Shown here piece after piece: positions 51,744 through 64,000 of a stretch of 64,000 nucleotides of DNA. Where the stretch lies: assembly GCA_965215335.1 (NCBI GenBank), contig CBDCDA010000002.1, positions 96,001 through 160,000 on the forward strand, given 5' to 3'. Position 1 is the stretch's first letter. The number at the start of each line of letters is the position of its first letter. The notes under the pieces were generated by a model. The model was not told the DNA's origin. It saw only the letters and a list, made by a program, of their open reading frames with translations, and ran no database searches. The position numbers and the translations under genes are program-made. This DNA is from an uncultured Candidatus Entotheonella sp. (GTDB taxonomy: Bacteria > Tectomicrobia > Entotheonellia > Entotheonellales > Entotheonellaceae).

Positions 51744-52850
51744 ATGAAAATTGCGGTCGACGGCATGGGTGGGGACTTCGCCCCTCAGGCGATAATCGAG
51801 GGCGCTGTCCTTGCCGCGCAACAGTACAACACCAGCATTACCCTGGTGGGTGACGAAGGACGGCTGGAGCGCGGGCTGGACCGCTTACAGGCTCACGCGC
51901 TGCCTATCACCATCTGTCACGCCTCGGAAGTCGTGCACATGGACGAGGCACCGGCCATGGCACTGCGCAAGAAGCAGTTTTCCTCTATCCGCGTGGCCAT
52001 GGAACTGGTGCGGAGCGGAGAAGCTCAGGCGGTTGTCAGTGCCGGTAACACCGGTGCCGCTCTGGGCGCGGCGACGATGATCCTGCGGCCTTTGCGCGGT
52101 ATCGACCGTCCGGCCATTGCGACGCTGCTGCCCACTCAAAAGGGTGCCTCAATCCTTCTCGACGTCGGCGCCAACGTGGACTGCAAGTCGACCCAGCTCT
52201 TCCAGTTCGGGATCATGGGGGACGTTTTTGCCAAGTACATCCTGGACAAGCCTTACCCCGCCGTCGGCCTGCTGGCGATCGGCGAGGAGGATACCAAGGG
52301 CAATGACGTGACCCGAGAAGCCTTTCTCATGTTGAAGCAAAGCGACCTCAATTTCATCGGCAACATCGAGGGCAAACCCTTTTTCCACGGCGTCGCCGAC
52401 GTAGTGGTGTGCGATGGGTTCATTGGCAACGTGGCTCTGAAGATGTGTGAGGGGGTTGCCGAAATGTACGGCCAGGCCCTCAAGGCGGCCTTGACGCGGA
52501 CGCCGTGGCGGCGTCTGGCGGCGGCGTTGCTGCGTCCTGCCCTGCAGGACATTCGCCGCCGTGTGGATGCTTCCGAGTATGGTGGCGCACCGCTTCTGGG
52601 TGTGAACGGCACGTGTATCATCGGACACGGCAACTCGACTCCCAAGGCCGTCAAGAATGCCATCCGCATGGCGCAGCGTTTCTTGGAAGAACGGGTCACG
52701 GAGCGTATCCAGGAAGAGATCGAACGCAACAGCGACATCCAGGACGCCAGCGGCACCCGCGGCCGCAACATCTGGCGCCACATCCGCAGTACCATGTCAT
52801 TCCGCGGTGAGCGCGAGGAAGAGGACGAGGAGATCACGTCCGAACCTTAG
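51744..52850 (+). CDS. plsX: Phosphate acyltransferase PlsX
   Basis: IAVDGMGGDFAP, SAGNTGA, LDVGAN, CDGFIGN, GGAPLLG. Confidence 0.95.
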   Translation: MKIAVDGMGGDFAPQAIIEGAVLAAQQYNTSITLVGDEGRLERGLDRLQAHALPITICHASEVVHMDEAPAMALRKKQFSSIRVAMELVRSGEAQAVVSAGNTGAALGAATMILRPLRGIDRPAIATLLPTQKGASILLDVGANVDCKSTQLFQFGIMGDVFAKYILDKPYPAVGLLAIGEEDTKGNDVTREAFLMLKQSDLNFIGNIEGKPFFHGVADVVVCDGFIGNVALKMCEGVAEMYGQALKAALTRTPWRRLAAALLRPALQDIRRRVDASEYGGAPLLGVNGTCIIGHGNSTPKAVKNAIRMAQRFLEERVTERIQEEIERNSDIQDASGTRGRNIWRHIRSTMSFRGEREEEDEEITSEP

Positions 52851-53641
52851 GAACTTGTCGCAAATTAGTTTTTCATGTTTTGAGTTTTCGTGTTCCAATT
52901 GTTCCATGAGGCGCAATCACGGACTCGAAGCCACCATTGTCGAGAAGTGCGCGGCGATCGGAGCGTTTCTTGATGAGCGTGGGCGTCGCATCTGGGCGGC
53001 CACGGAGTCGCGTGCCATCGGCCATGGAGGCGATGCCTTGGTGTCGGATGCGACAGGATTGTCGCGCCCGACCATCCGGGCGCGACGACGAGAGTCTGGA
53101 CGGTAGTGGCGCTGAGTTCGGCCGGGTGTGCCGACCGGGCATCGAGCAAGCGCCGGAGCAGTCGTTCGCGGTGGCCTCGCTTGGGCGGTGGCGGGACGAG
53201 ATGGGCAAGCGTCGCTACCCCGAGGCTCGTGAGCTATTCATCACCGCCGATGCGGGCGGTAGCAATGGGTATCGCTGCCGCGCCTGGAAGCACGGACTGC
53301 GGCAGTTTGCCGACGAGCTGCGTGTGCGCATCCACGTCAGCCACTTCCCGCCCGGTACGAGCAAATGGAACAAGATCGAGCATCGTCCATTCTGCCACGT
53401 CACGCAGAATTGGCGAGGCAGGCCGTTGCGGACCTTTGAGACCATGGTCGATAATACGCGTACCAGCGCAGGCCTTCGGCTCAGAGCCGAACTTGACGCA
53501 AGAACATCCCCGACCGCAGTGGTGGCGACGAACGCAGGGATGGACGCCCTGTCGCTCCATCGCAGCGCGTTCCACGGCGACTGGGACCATGAGTTACACC
53601 CACGATGAAGCTGGAAACCTGAATTCGATCAAAGTCCTTAG
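52848..53641 (+). mobile_element. Degenerate ISAzo13-family element (frameshifted, internally deleted transposase)
   Basis: N-terminal part LDERGRRIWAA..GLSRPTI in one frame; C-terminal part ITADAGGSNG..HFPPGTSKWNKIEHR..QNWRGRPL in another; imperfect terminal inverted repeats; CTTAG at both ends. Confidence 0.85.
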
Positions 53642-53691
53642 CCGCCTCGCACCGTCTTTTCTCCATGCCGTTACAAGAGGGCTGCGCTACT

Positions 53692-54603
53692 ATGACCAGG
53701 CGCATCGTCTGTGTATTCCCGGGTCAAGGTTCACAGTTCGTAGGCATGGGCAAGGATCTCTGCGAGGTCGATGCCGAGGTGCGGTCTCTGTATGAAGAGG
53801 CCAACGCGGCCTTGGGCTACGATCTGCAGCGCCTGTGCTTTGAGGGGCCGGATGACGAACTGCGGCTGACGCAGAACACCCAGCCCGCCATTCTGGTGCA
53901 CAGCGTGGCGATGTGGACCCAACTGACGAGGCAGGGACTGCAGCCCGAATTGCTGGCAGGGCACAGCCTGGGCGAATACTCGGCGCTGGTGGCCGCCGGT
54001 GTGCTGACGTTTGCCGATGCGGTGCGCACGGTGCACCAGCGGGGCTTGTTCATGCAGGAAGCCGTGCCGCCGGGCGCTGGGAGCATGGCGGCGCTCCTTG
54101 GTGTGGCGCGTCAGGACGTGGACGCGCTGTGCGCCGAATTCGGTGGGGACGGCGTTTTGCAGGTGGCGAACTACAACGACCCCGGTCAGGTCGTCATTGC
54201 CGGCGAGACGGGCTGCGTCAAAGCGGCCATGGCCGCCGTCAAGTCGCGGCGCTTGGGCCGCGCGATTCCGCTGAAGGTGAGCGCGCCGTTTCACTGTCGT
54301 ATGCTGGCGCCAGCAGCCGAGCGCCTGGCTGGCGTTCTGGCGCCTGTGGCCTGCGGGGCGTTCGTGTATCCCGTTATATCGAACGTCACGGCGGCCCCGT
54401 ACCCATCTCCCGACGCCGCAAAGGGACTTCTGATCGAGCAGGTTTGCGCGCCGGTGCGCTGGGAAGAATCGATGCGTCATGCGGTCTCGCAGGGGTGCGA
54501 CAGTCTGCTCGAAGCGGGGCCGGGCAAAGTGCTCGGCGGCATGATGGAACGTATCGCGCCGCAGGTTGAGGTGATGGCTGTGTCGGAAGCGGCGGCAGGC
54601 TGA
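53692..54603 (+). CDS. fabD: Malonyl-CoA:ACP transacylase
   Basis: FPGQGSQ, GHSLGE, VSAPFH. Confidence 0.96.
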   Translation: MTRRIVCVFPGQGSQFVGMGKDLCEVDAEVRSLYEEANAALGYDLQRLCFEGPDDELRLTQNTQPAILVHSVAMWTQLTRQGLQPELLAGHSLGEYSALVAAGVLTFADAVRTVHQRGLFMQEAVPPGAGSMAALLGVARQDVDALCAEFGGDGVLQVANYNDPGQVVIAGETGCVKAAMAAVKSRRLGRAIPLKVSAPFHCRMLAPAAERLAGVLAPVACGAFVYPVISNVTAAPYPSPDAAKGLLIEQVCAPVRWEESMRHAVSQGCDSLLEAGPGKVLGGMMERIAPQVEVMAVSEAAAG

Positions 54604-54613
54604 GCGGGAAGCC

Positions 54614-55360
54614 ATGACGGAATTGCAGGGCAAAGCAGCCGTTGTAACGGGGGGTTCACGCGGTATCGGACGCGCTATCGCGCTGGCATTGGGCGGTGCC
54701 GGGGCGCGCGTCGCCGTTACTTGTGCGCAACAGCGCCAGGCGGCCGAGGAGGTGGCGACCACCCTGAAAGACATGGGTGGCGAGGGGCGTGTGTATCAGT
54801 TCGACGTCGCTGACTTTGAGGCCACGTCGCAGGCTTTTGGCCAGATCGGCAGCGATTTCGGTGGTCTTGACGTGTTAGTGAGCAATGCCGGCGTCACGCG
54901 TGATCAGCTCCTGGCGCGTATGAAACCGGCGGAGTGGGACGTCGTTCTACAAACCAATCTGTCGGGGACCTTCAACTGCAACCGTGCCGCGGCACGAACC
55001 ATGTTGCGCCAGCGCTCCGGGCGCATCATTAACATTACCTCGGTCGCCGGGCTGACGGGCAACCCCGGTCAAACCAATTACGCGGCTTCCAAGGCCGGCA
55101 TTGTGGGGTTTACCAAGGCGCTGGCCAAAGAGTTGGCGCCGCGTCACGTCACGGTCAACGCGGTGGCGCCGGGGTTCATTGATACCGACATGACGCAAGT
55201 GTTGCCTGACGCGCAACGGCAGGCGATGTTGCAGCAGATTCCAGCAGCGCGTTTTGGCGCCCCGGAAGACGTTGCGGCGTGCGTGCTCTTTCTTTCTTCC
55301 GAGGGTGCGCAGTATATTACCGGAGAGGTTATTCGGGTAAGCGGTGGCCTGGCCATCTGA
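54614..55360 (+). CDS. fabG: 3-oxoacyl-ACP reductase
   Basis: [28 protein letters not shown]. Confidence 0.95.
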   Translation: MTELQGKAAVVTGGSRGIGRAIALALGGAGARVAVTCAQQRQAAEEVATTLKDMGGEGRVYQFDVADFEATSQAFGQIGSDFGGLDVLVSNAGVTRDQLLARMKPAEWDVVLQTNLSGTFNCNRAAARTMLRQRSGRIINITSVAGLTGNPGQTNYAASKAGIVGFTKALAKELAPRHVTVNAVAPGFIDTDMTQVLPDAQRQAMLQQIPAARFGAPEDVAACVLFLSSEGAQYITGEVIRVSGGLAI

Positions 55361-55386
55361 TTCCATCCGTACAGGGGAGAAAACGT

Positions 55387-55632
55387 ATGAGCGTTGAGGC
55401 AAAGGTGCAGGGGATTATTGCCGAGCAGCTTGGTGTGAATGAGAAAGAGGTCACCGAGTCGGCGTCATTTATCGATGATTTGGGGGCCGATTCTCTGGAT
55501 ACGGTCGAATTGGTCATGGCCTTCGAGGAGGAATTCGACATCGAGATATCGGACGAGGATGCCGAAGAGATTACAACTGTGGCCGACGCCATCCGGTACA
55601 TCACCGAGAAGACCTCGGAAAAGATGTCCTGA
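55387..55632 (+). CDS. acpP: Acyl carrier protein
   Basis: [20 protein letters not shown]. Confidence 0.97.
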   Translation: MSVEAKVQGIIAEQLGVNEKEVTESASFIDDLGADSLDTVELVMAFEEEFDIEISDEDAEEITTVADAIRYITEKTSEKMS

Positions 55633-55705
55633 GCGTGGTGCAGCTGTCAGCCGGGTCGCCGTCGGAGCAAGCGTCGGAGAGGCTGACGTAAGGACGGCCA
55701 TCAAC

Positions 55706-56983
55706 ATGGTGAACAGCAATGAGCACAACAGGGCGCTGAGGCGCGTGGTCGTCACGGGCCTGGGCGCCGTGACCCCTCTTGGTACGGATGTCCCGACCTC
55801 CTGGCAAGCCGCGCTGCGCAGCGACAATGGCATCGGCAGGATTCAATGCTTTGATGCCAGCGAGTTCCCGTGCCGGATTGCCGGCGAGGTGAGAGAAGAT
55901 TTCCAGCCGCTTGATTACATCGACAAAAAAGAAGTGAAGCGCATGGATCGCTTCGTGCAGTTTGCCTTGGCCAGCGCGGACATGGCGGTGGCCGATGCCA
56001 GGATGCACTTTACGCCCGATGAATCACAGCGCTACGGGTGCCTGCTGGGCGTGGGGCTTGGCGGCCTGGCGACTTTCGAACGCAATCATGAAAGTCTGTT
56101 GCGGACGGGCCCGCAGCGCGTTTCTCCCTTCTTCATTCCCATGCTGATCAGCAACATGGCGGCGGGGCACGTGTGCATGCGCTACGGGCTGCGGGGTCCG
56201 AATTCATGCGTGTCCACGGCGTGCGCGGCCGGTACGCATGCCATCGGGGATTCCTTCAAAATCATTCAACGCGGCGACGCGGACGTGATGCTGAGCGGGG
56301 GCTGTGAGTCCGTTGTCACGCCACTGGGGCTCGGAGGGTTTTGTGCCATGCGTGCCCTCTCCACCCGAAACGATGAGCCCGATCGTGCCAGCCGTCCTTT
56401 TGACGAGCAGCGCGATGGCTTTGTGTTGGGTGAGGGTGCCGGCATTCTGGTGCTGGAAGAGCTGGAGCGGGCGCGGCAGCGCGGCGCGGCGATTTATGCC
56501 GAGGTCGTAGGCTATGGGATGAGTGCCGATGCTTACCACATGACGCAGCCTGACCCCGAAGCCAAGGGGGTCGCCATCTGTATGCAGCGGGCGCTCGGCG
56601 ACGCCGGACTGGAGCCGGACGATGTGGCCTATATCAATGCGCACGGTACCTCGACGCTATACAACGACAAGTATGAAACGCTGGCGATCAAGAAAGTCTT
56701 TGGCGACCACGCCTATCGTCTTGCGGTGAGCTCTACGAAATCGATGACGGGCCATTTGCTGGGTGCTGCTGGCGGCGTCGAAGGGGTTTTCACCGCGCTC
56801 GCCGTGCGGCACGGCGTGGTGCCACCGACCCGGAACTGGGAGCACCCGGACGTGGATTGCGACCTCGACTACGTTCCGAACGAGGCGCGGACGATGCCCG
56901 TGGGTGTGGCCATGTCCAACTCCCTGGGCTTTGGCGGGACAAATGCATGCGTGGTCTTCAGGCAATACACGGAGCCGATGTGA
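55706..56983 (+). CDS. fabF: 3-oxoacyl-ACP synthase II
   Basis: RRVVVTGLG, TAC, NAHGTST, KSMTGHLLG, GFGGTN. Confidence 0.96.
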   Translation: MVNSNEHNRALRRVVVTGLGAVTPLGTDVPTSWQAALRSDNGIGRIQCFDASEFPCRIAGEVREDFQPLDYIDKKEVKRMDRFVQFALASADMAVADARMHFTPDESQRYGCLLGVGLGGLATFERNHESLLRTGPQRVSPFFIPMLISNMAAGHVCMRYGLRGPNSCVSTACAAGTHAIGDSFKIIQRGDADVMLSGGCESVVTPLGLGGFCAMRALSTRNDEPDRASRPFDEQRDGFVLGEGAGILVLEELERARQRGAAIYAEVVGYGMSADAYHMTQPDPEAKGVAICMQRALGDAGLEPDDVAYINAHGTSTLYNDKYETLAIKKVFGDHAYRLAVSSTKSMTGHLLGAAGGVEGVFTALAVRHGVVPPTRNWEHPDVDCDLDYVPNEARTMPVGVAMSNSLGFGGTNACVVFRQYTEPM

Positions 56984-57693
56984 TTGCCGCCGAGCGTGCA
57001 GAACGTCTGGCCCTGTTTCAACGGCACCTGGGATATTGCTTTACGGTTCCTGAGCGGCTCGACCGCGCGCTGACGCATCGTTCATACACTGCCGAGACAA
57101 CCGGGAACGCAGGAGATTACGAGACCCTGGAGTTTCTGGGGGACGCTGTCTTGGGGCTGATTCTGGGGACCTACCTGTATGAACGCTACCCCTGTTGCAA
57201 AGAGGGCCAATTGTCGCAAATGCGCTCGCGCCTGGTGAGCGAGAGCAGTCTGGTCGGCTTGGCGCGTCAGCTCCATCTGGGGGACTTTCTGCTGCTCGGA
57301 CGGGGCGAAGAGAGATCTGGCGGACGCCAAAAGGATTCCTTGCTGGCCGCTGCGTTCGAGGCTGTACTCGCTGCTTTGTATCTCGACGCTGGCTTGCGGC
57401 GTACCCAGGAGGTTTTCCTGGCCTGCTTCGCTGGAGCTGTCGAGCGGCGCTTGACCTCGCCGCAGGGACAGGATTATAAAGGGCTTCTCCAGCAAAAGGC
57501 ACTCGGGGCTTTCGGCTGCGTGCCGACCTATCAGACCGTCCGTGAAGAGGGTCCCCCACATCAAAAGACATTTCACGTGCGGCTGAGCCTGACGCCCGAG
57601 TATGACTGCATCGGCGTAGGTCCGAGTAAAAAAGCCGCCGGGCAGCACGCTGCTCAGCAACTCCTCAGGCTGTTGCGTCAGCAGGATGCCTAA
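56980..57693 (+). CDS. rnc: Ribonuclease III
   Basis: ALTHRS, ETLEFLGDAVL, dsRBD DYKGLLQ; GTG overlaps the fabF stop. Confidence 0.93.
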   Translation: MIAAERAERLALFQRHLGYCFTVPERLDRALTHRSYTAETTGNAGDYETLEFLGDAVLGLILGTYLYERYPCCKEGQLSQMRSRLVSESSLVGLARQLHLGDFLLLGRGEERSGGRQKDSLLAAAFEAVLAALYLDAGLRRTQEVFLACFAGAVERRLTSPQGQDYKGLLQQKALGAFGCVPTYQTVREEGPPHQKTFHVRLSLTPEYDCIGVGPSKKAAGQHAAQQLLRLLRQQDA

Positions 57694-57781
57694 GTCCGAC
57701 CCACCCCAATTCCAAGACCGTGCTCGGTTTTCCGCATGGTTGTTCTGATGTTTTCGCGGTTTGTATTAAAAGGCGCGCTGG

Positions 57782-58726
57782 GTGGAGAAGAATGTGGCGG
57801 CGGGGAGCGGTTTTTTTCAGCGTTTGCGAAGCGGGCTGCAGAAGACCCGGCAGAGCCTCATGGGGAGTCTCGAGGTCGTTTTTAGCCGCAAGCGTCTGGA
57901 CATCGACACCCTTGAAGAATTGGAAGAGGCGCTGATTCTCGCCGACCTCGGGACGCGTACCGCCGACCGGGTCCTGCAGGAAGTCAACACCCGCGTGAAG
58001 AATAGGACGATTGAGGCGGGGGATGGACTGCGGGACGGGGTGATCGACATTTTGCGCGGCATCATGGCCGGAGCGATGCCCTCGGTAGAGGAGGCGATGA
58101 GCCGGCCGCTGCCGTGGGTGCTGATGATGGTGGGGGTGAATGGGGTCGGCAAGACCACCACCCTGGGCAAGCTCGCGCATCATTTTCATGAGCAAGGCGG
58201 CAAGTCGCTGCTGGTGGCGGCTGACACCTTTCGCGCCGCGGCGATTGAGCAGGCAGCGATCTGGGGCGAGCGTGCCGGCGTCGATGTCGTCAAGGGCCAG
58301 CCAGGCGGGGACGCCGCGGCCGTTGCCTTTGACGCGGTTCAGGCCGCTTGTGCCCGACACGTGGACCGGGTGCTGATCGACACCGCGGGGCGTCTGCACA
58401 CCAAGGCGCCGTTGATGGAAGAGCTGAAGAAAATGCAGCGCGTGCTTGGGCGCGCCCTGCCCGATGCGCCGCACGATATCTGGCTGGTTCTGGATGCCAC
58501 CACCGGGCAAAACGGTCTCGCCCAGGTTCGACAGTTCCATGAGAGTCTTGGACTCACCGGGCTGGTGCTGACCAAGCTGGATGGGACCTCGAAGGGAGGT
58601 ATTGTCATCAACGTCGCCCAGGCGTTTCACTTGCCGATTCGCTACATCGGCGTCGGCGAGGGGGTGGACGATTTGCGCCCCTTCGACGTCGCTGAATTTA
58701 CCGCCGCCCTTTTTGACAAGACATAG
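57782..58726 (+). CDS. ftsY: Signal recognition particle receptor FtsY
   Basis: GVNGVGKTTT, DTFRAAA, DTAGR, TKLDGTSKGG. Confidence 0.96.
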   Translation: MEKNVAAGSGFFQRLRSGLQKTRQSLMGSLEVVFSRKRLDIDTLEELEEALILADLGTRTADRVLQEVNTRVKNRTIEAGDGLRDGVIDILRGIMAGAMPSVEEAMSRPLPWVLMMVGVNGVGKTTTLGKLAHHFHEQGGKSLLVAADTFRAAAIEQAAIWGERAGVDVVKGQPGGDAAAVAFDAVQAACARHVDRVLIDTAGRLHTKAPLMEELKKMQRVLGRALPDAPHDIWLVLDATTGQNGLAQVRQFHESLGLTGLVLTKLDGTSKGGIVINVAQAFHLPIRYIGVGEGVDDLRPFDVAEFTAALFDKT

Positions 58727-58744
58727 TTGAAGAAGGATGTAGAC

Positions 58745-59861
<1,117 letters not shown>

Positions 59862-59866
59862 CCCCC

Positions 59867-61156
59867 ATGTACGAACTTTTCGTCAGTCTGCGATACCTCA
59901 AATCCCGCCGCCGTCAGGGGTTCATTTCGCTGATCACCTTGATCTCGGTGGGCGGGGTGGCCGTTGGCGTCATGGTGCTGATCGTCGTCTTGTCGGTGAT
60001 GAGCGGATTCGAGACGATCCTGAAGGAGAAACTCCTCGGCATCAATGCCCATCTGTGGGTTTTGCCGCAGCGCGTGGGCCAGCTGCAGGGCTATCGGGGT
60101 CTGGCGAGCCGGATCGAGACCCTGTCCCGCGTGACGCACGCGACGCCGTTTACCGCCCACGAGGTGATGCTCATGGTCGGCGGGCGCGTTGCCGGGACGA
60201 TCGTGCGGGGTATCGATCCCGATGAGAGGAGCCAGACGGGGGATTTTGCCCGGCTGTTTGAGGGCCGGGACTTGGCGGCGTTGCTCAACCCGCCGGCATC
60301 CGACCTGGGAGATGTTGACAACGGCGGGCCGCAAGCGGCGCGCCGGGGCATCGTGCTGGGCACGGAGTTGGCGCGCACCCTGCGCGTTGCGACCGGAGAG
60401 CAGATCATCCTCAATTCGCCGCTGGGCATTTTGCAGCCGGCGGGTATCTTGCCCAACGTGCGCGGCTTCACGGTTACCGGGACGTTTGAGACCGGCATGT
60501 ACGAATACGACGCCAGGCTCGCCCTGATTTCCCTGGACGAGGCGCAGGAGCTTTTCGATCTCGGGGAAGTCGTGCACGGCATTGAGGTCCGGGTGGACGA
60601 CATCTATCGCGTGCGCGAGGTGGCGGAGGCGGCCGAGGCGCTACTGGGGCCGGGTGTCTGGACGCGCGACTGGATGCAGATGAATCGGACGCTTTTTTCG
60701 GCGCTGCGGCAGGAGCGAGTGCTGATGTTCATCATCCTGGTGCTGATCGTCCTGGTGGCCGCCTTCAACATCATCAGCACGCTGATCATGATGGTGATGG
60801 AGAAGACGGGCGCCATTGCCATCCTGAAGGCGATGGGCGCGAGCAACCGGGGCATCTACCGCATCTTCATGATCCAGGGCTTGGTGATCGGCCTGGTGGG
60901 AATGGTTATTGGCACGATCACCGGATTGATGCTGGCCTGGAACCTGCCGGCCATTGCCGCGGTGATCGAGGGCTGGCTGGGTATTCAGTTTTTCCCCCCG
61001 GACGTTTATGTCATTGATCAACTTCCTGTAGAGATCCGACCGCTGGATGTCGTCGTGATCGTCGTGACCTCGGTCTGCGTGAGCTTCCTGGCGACCTTGT
61101 ATCCGGCCTGGAACGCCTCCCGGCTCGATCCGGTGGTAGCTTTGAGATATGAATAG
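59867..61156 (+). CDS. lolE: Lipoprotein-releasing ABC transporter permease (LolC/E)
   Basis: FISLITLIS..VLSVMSGF, AAFNIISTL, IAILKAMGA, LDPVVALRYE. Confidence 0.9.
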   Translation: MYELFVSLRYLKSRRRQGFISLITLISVGGVAVGVMVLIVVLSVMSGFETILKEKLLGINAHLWVLPQRVGQLQGYRGLASRIETLSRVTHATPFTAHEVMLMVGGRVAGTIVRGIDPDERSQTGDFARLFEGRDLAALLNPPASDLGDVDNGGPQAARRGIVLGTELARTLRVATGEQIILNSPLGILQPAGILPNVRGFTVTGTFETGMYEYDARLALISLDEAQELFDLGEVVHGIEVRVDDIYRVREVAEAAEALLGPGVWTRDWMQMNRTLFSALRQERVLMFIILVLIVLVAAFNIISTLIMMVMEKTGAIAILKAMGASNRGIYRIFMIQGLVIGLVGMVIGTITGLMLAWNLPAIAAVIEGWLGIQFFPPDVYVIDQLPVEIRPLDVVVIVVTSVCVSFLATLYPAWNASRLDPVVALRYE

Positions 61157-61164
61157 TTCATGCT

Positions 61165-61887
61165 ATGATTGAGCCGCTTGACAGATGCGACATGGACCAG
61201 GGCGATCCGGAGCCTGTGGTGATTTCGGTTGACAAGGTGTATAAACGGTATGCTCGAGCCGATACCACGGTCGAGGTTCTGCAAGGCGTGCAGATGCAGG
61301 TTGCCAGCCGGGAAATGGTGGCTATCGTAGGTCCTTCGGGTGCCGGGAAGAGCACGCTACTGCATCTGATAGGCGGCCTGGACCGCCCGACGCAGGGCCG
61401 CATCTGCTGCGCGGGGGCTGACCTGTCGCAGCTTTCGGATCGGCGATTGGCCGATTTCAGGAGCCGGCGTATTGGCTTCGTCTTTCAGTTTCACCACCTC
61501 TTGCCAGAGTTTTCGGCCTTGGAAAACGCCATGATGCCTGCCTTCATCCAGCGACGGCCCAAGCAAGAGGTAGAGCACCAGGCACGTGAACTCCTGGCCA
61601 GCGTCGGGTTGGCTGATCGACTCCATCACCGGCCCGGTGCGCTTTCCGGCGGCGAGCAGCAACGGGTCGCGGTTGCCAGGGCTCTGATCAACAATCCCGA
61701 CGTTGTGCTGGCCGACGAACCCACCGGGAATCTTGACCGTGGTACCGGTCAGACGATACAAACGCTTCTGCGTCAACTGAACCAGGAATTGGGGCAAACG
61801 TTCGTCATTGTGACGCACGACCAGAAGTTTGCTGTACACATGGACCGGGTGATATCCCTTGTCGATGGCAAAGTCAGCGCAGCCTGA
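61165..61887 (+). CDS. lolD: Lipoprotein-releasing ABC transporter ATP-binding protein
   Basis: [26 protein letters not shown] (LolD motif), LSGGEQQR. Confidence 0.93.
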   Translation: MIEPLDRCDMDQGDPEPVVISVDKVYKRYARADTTVEVLQGVQMQVASREMVAIVGPSGAGKSTLLHLIGGLDRPTQGRICCAGADLSQLSDRRLADFRSRRIGFVFQFHHLLPEFSALENAMMPAFIQRRPKQEVEHQARELLASVGLADRLHHRPGALSGGEQQRVAVARALINNPDVVLADEPTGNLDRGTGQTIQTLLRQLNQELGQTFVIVTHDQKFAVHMDRVISLVDGKVSAA

Positions 61888-61899
61888 GGAGACGTAACA

Positions 61900-64000
61900 A
61901 TGTTCAAGCGATTTACAGAACGGGCCAGACGGGTCATTATCCTCGCCAGAGAAGAAGCGGAGCGCCATCACCACGAGTATCTGGGGCCCGAACACATCTT
62001 GCTGGGCATGCTGAAAGACGGGGGTGGTATTGCCATTACGGTATTGCAGAAGGCCGGCTTGAGCATTGATCACGTCCGGATGGAAATCGAGCGCCACCTG
62101 CCGCGTAATGCCAACGCGCTGATCGTCGGCGAAATCCCGTTCACCCCGAAAGCCAAGAAGGTGCTGGAGTACGGTGTGGAAGAAGCCCGCCTCATGGGCC
62201 ACAACTACATCGGAACCGAACACCTGCTCCTTGGCCTCCTCAAGGAGAAAGAGGGCATTGGCGCCAAGGTGCTGAACAATCTGGGCATTCGCCTCGTCGA
62301 AACGCGTGAGAAGATTCTCAACCTGCTGCAGGAACCCACGACGAAAACCAAGGAAAAAAGCAAGACCCCGGCATTGGATGAGTACGGCCGTGACCTTACC
62401 GAGCTTGGCCAGAACGGCAAGCTCGACCCGGTGATCGGGCGCGAGAACGAGATCGAGCGCGTGGTGCAAATCCTGAGCCGGCGGACCAAGAACAACCCGG
62501 TGCTCATCGGCGAGCCCGGTGTCGGCAAGACGGCGATTGTGGAGGGGCTGGCGCAACGTATCGTCAACCGCGAAGTTCCGCAGTTGCTGTTTGACCGCCG
62601 CGTGGTGGCTCTTGATCTCGGGGCGTTGGTGGCCGGCACGAAGTATCGCGGCCAGTTCGAAGGCCGCATGAAGGCGATCATGAAGGAGATCGTGCAGGCG
62701 GAAAACATCATCATTTTTATCGATGAGCTGCACACCTTGGTGGGCGCCGGTGCCGCTGAGGGATCCGTGGATGCCTCCAATATGCTCAAACCGGGGCTGT
62801 CGCGCGGTGAGATCCAGTGCATCGGCGCTACGACCCTCGACGAGTACCGCAAATACATTGAGAAGAATGGCGCTTTGGAGAGACGTTTTCAGCCCATTAT
62901 GGTTGATCCGCCGAGTGTCGAGGAAAGCGTCGAAATCCTACGCGGCCTGAAAGACCGGTATGAAGCTCACCACCGCCTGCGTATTCCCGATGCGTCGATC
63001 GTGCAAGCCGTCAAGCTTTCCTCCCGCTACATCACCGACCGTTTTCTTCCCGACAAGGCCATCGACGTCATGGACGAGGCCGGCGCCCGCGTGCGCCTGC
63101 GGAGCGTGACGCCGCCGCCAATGATGCGCGAACTGCAGCGGCAGATTAATGAGATCGTCAGGACGAAGAAAGAGAAGATCGAGAATCAGGAATTCGAGCG
63201 CGCCGTCGAGTTGCGGGACCAGGAAGAAGGGATGCGGCGTCAGGTGGAAGACCTGAGGACCGAGTGGGAAGAGGCGCAAGAGGCATCCGAAATACCCGTG
63301 ACGGAAGAGGACATGGCGTACGTCGTGTCCCGGATGACGGGGATCCCGCTGTCGAAGATCGAGGAAGCCGAGTCGCGCCGCCTGCTCAACATGGAAGCGG
63401 AACTCCACAATCGCGTGGTCGGCCAGGAGGAGGCGATTGCCGTGGTTACGCGGGCGATTCGTCGCTCACGGGCCGGCCTCAAGGACCCGCGCCGTCCTGT
63501 GGGAACGTTCATTTTCCTGGGGCCCACGGGGGTCGGCAAGACCGAGCTGGCGCGCGCGCTCGCCGAGTTTTTGTTTGGTCACGAGAGCTCGCTCATCCGG
63601 GTTGACATGTCGGAGTACATGGAGCGTTTCAGCGTGTCGCGCCTGACAGGAGCACCGCCAGGGTATGTGGGGTATGACGAGGGTGGACAGCTCACGGAGC
63701 AGGTGCGGCGGCGGCCATACTCGGTCGTGCTGCTCGATGAGATCGAGAAGGCGCACCCGGACGTTTATCACATGCTGCTCCAGGTCATGGACGACGGGCA
63801 CCTCACCGACAGCTACGGGCGCAAGGTGGACTTCAAGAACGTCGTCCTCATCATGACCTCGAACGTAAGCGCTCGTACGATCGAGAAAAACACGGCGATC
63901 GGCTTCCAGCGAGGTGAGGAGGATACGTTCGAGAAGATCAAAGAGAACGTCATGAACGAGCTCAAGCGCACCTTCAACCCCGAGTTTCTCAATCGCATCG
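61900..64000 (+). CDS. clpC: ATP-dependent Clp protease ATP-binding subunit ClpC, 3' truncated by window
   Basis: GAGGAG RBS and ATG 61900; [13 protein letters not shown], two Clp-N repeats, [11 protein letters not shown]-like coil, GPTGVGKT; open to the window end. Confidence 0.93.
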   Translation, partial: MFKRFTERARRVIILAREEAERHHHEYLGPEHILLGMLKDGGGIAITVLQKAGLSIDHVRMEIERHLPRNANALIVGEIPFTPKAKKVLEYGVEEARLMGHNYIGTEHLLLGLLKEKEGIGAKVLNNLGIRLVETREKILNLLQEPTTKTKEKSKTPALDEYGRDLTELGQNGKLDPVIGRENEIERVVQILSRRTKNNPVLIGEPGVGKTAIVEGLAQRIVNREVPQLLFDRRVVALDLGALVAGTKYRGQFEGRMKAIMKEIVQAENIIIFIDELHTLVGAGAAEGSVDASNMLKPGLSRGEIQCIGATTLDEYRKYIEKNGALERRFQPIMVDPPSVEESVEILRGLKDRYEAHHRLRIPDASIVQAVKLSSRYITDRFLPDKAIDVMDEAGARVRLRSVTPPPMMRELQRQINEIVRTKKEKIENQEFERAVELRDQEEGMRRQVEDLRTEWEEAQEASEIPVTEEDMAYVVSRMTGIPLSKIEEAESRRLLNMEAELHNRVVGQEEAIAVVTRAIRRSRAGLKDPRRPVGTFIFLGPTGVGKTELARALAEFLFGHESSLIRVDMSEYMERFSVSRLTGAPPGYVGYDEGGQLTEQVRRRPYSVVLLDEIEKAHPDVYHMLLQVMDDGHLTDSYGRKVDFKNVVLIMTSNVSARTIEKNTAIGFQRGEEDTFEKIKENVMNELKRTFNPEFLNRI

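Overview
GC-rich bacterial chromosome segment from a diderm organism (lolCDE, LpoA-like lipoprotein). It is mostly core genes: a Liv-type ABC transporter operon, selA-selB, rluB-yicC-gmk-coaBC-udg-PBP1A, valS, tRNA-His/Lys/Leu, tig-clpP-clpX, pepA, yceD-rpmF-plsX-fabD-fabG-acpP-fabF-rnc-ftsY-prfB-lolE-lolD-clpC. Accessory material is limited to a small defence-like islet (DUF2335 gene, a YwgA/Panacea-like fusion gene and a single-chain restriction-modification gene; about 8.6-13.5 kb), an intact ISAs1 with a 10-bp target duplication, a decayed ISAzo13 where fabH usually sits, and several REP/MITE-like scars. The best-supported hidden feature is a DsbA/FrnE-fold selenoprotein that the ORF track truncates (13907-14569, minus strand). 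It has an in-frame TGA at the catalytic position, giving an unusual C-Y-V-U-P-Y motif, followed by a SECIS-like hairpin, about 5.5 kb from selAB. Also notable is a rearranged CoA pathway: CoaBC has a degenerate decarboxylase domain and an altered ligase motif, and there is a separate CoaC. All family assignments come from motif recognition by eye; no database searches were run.
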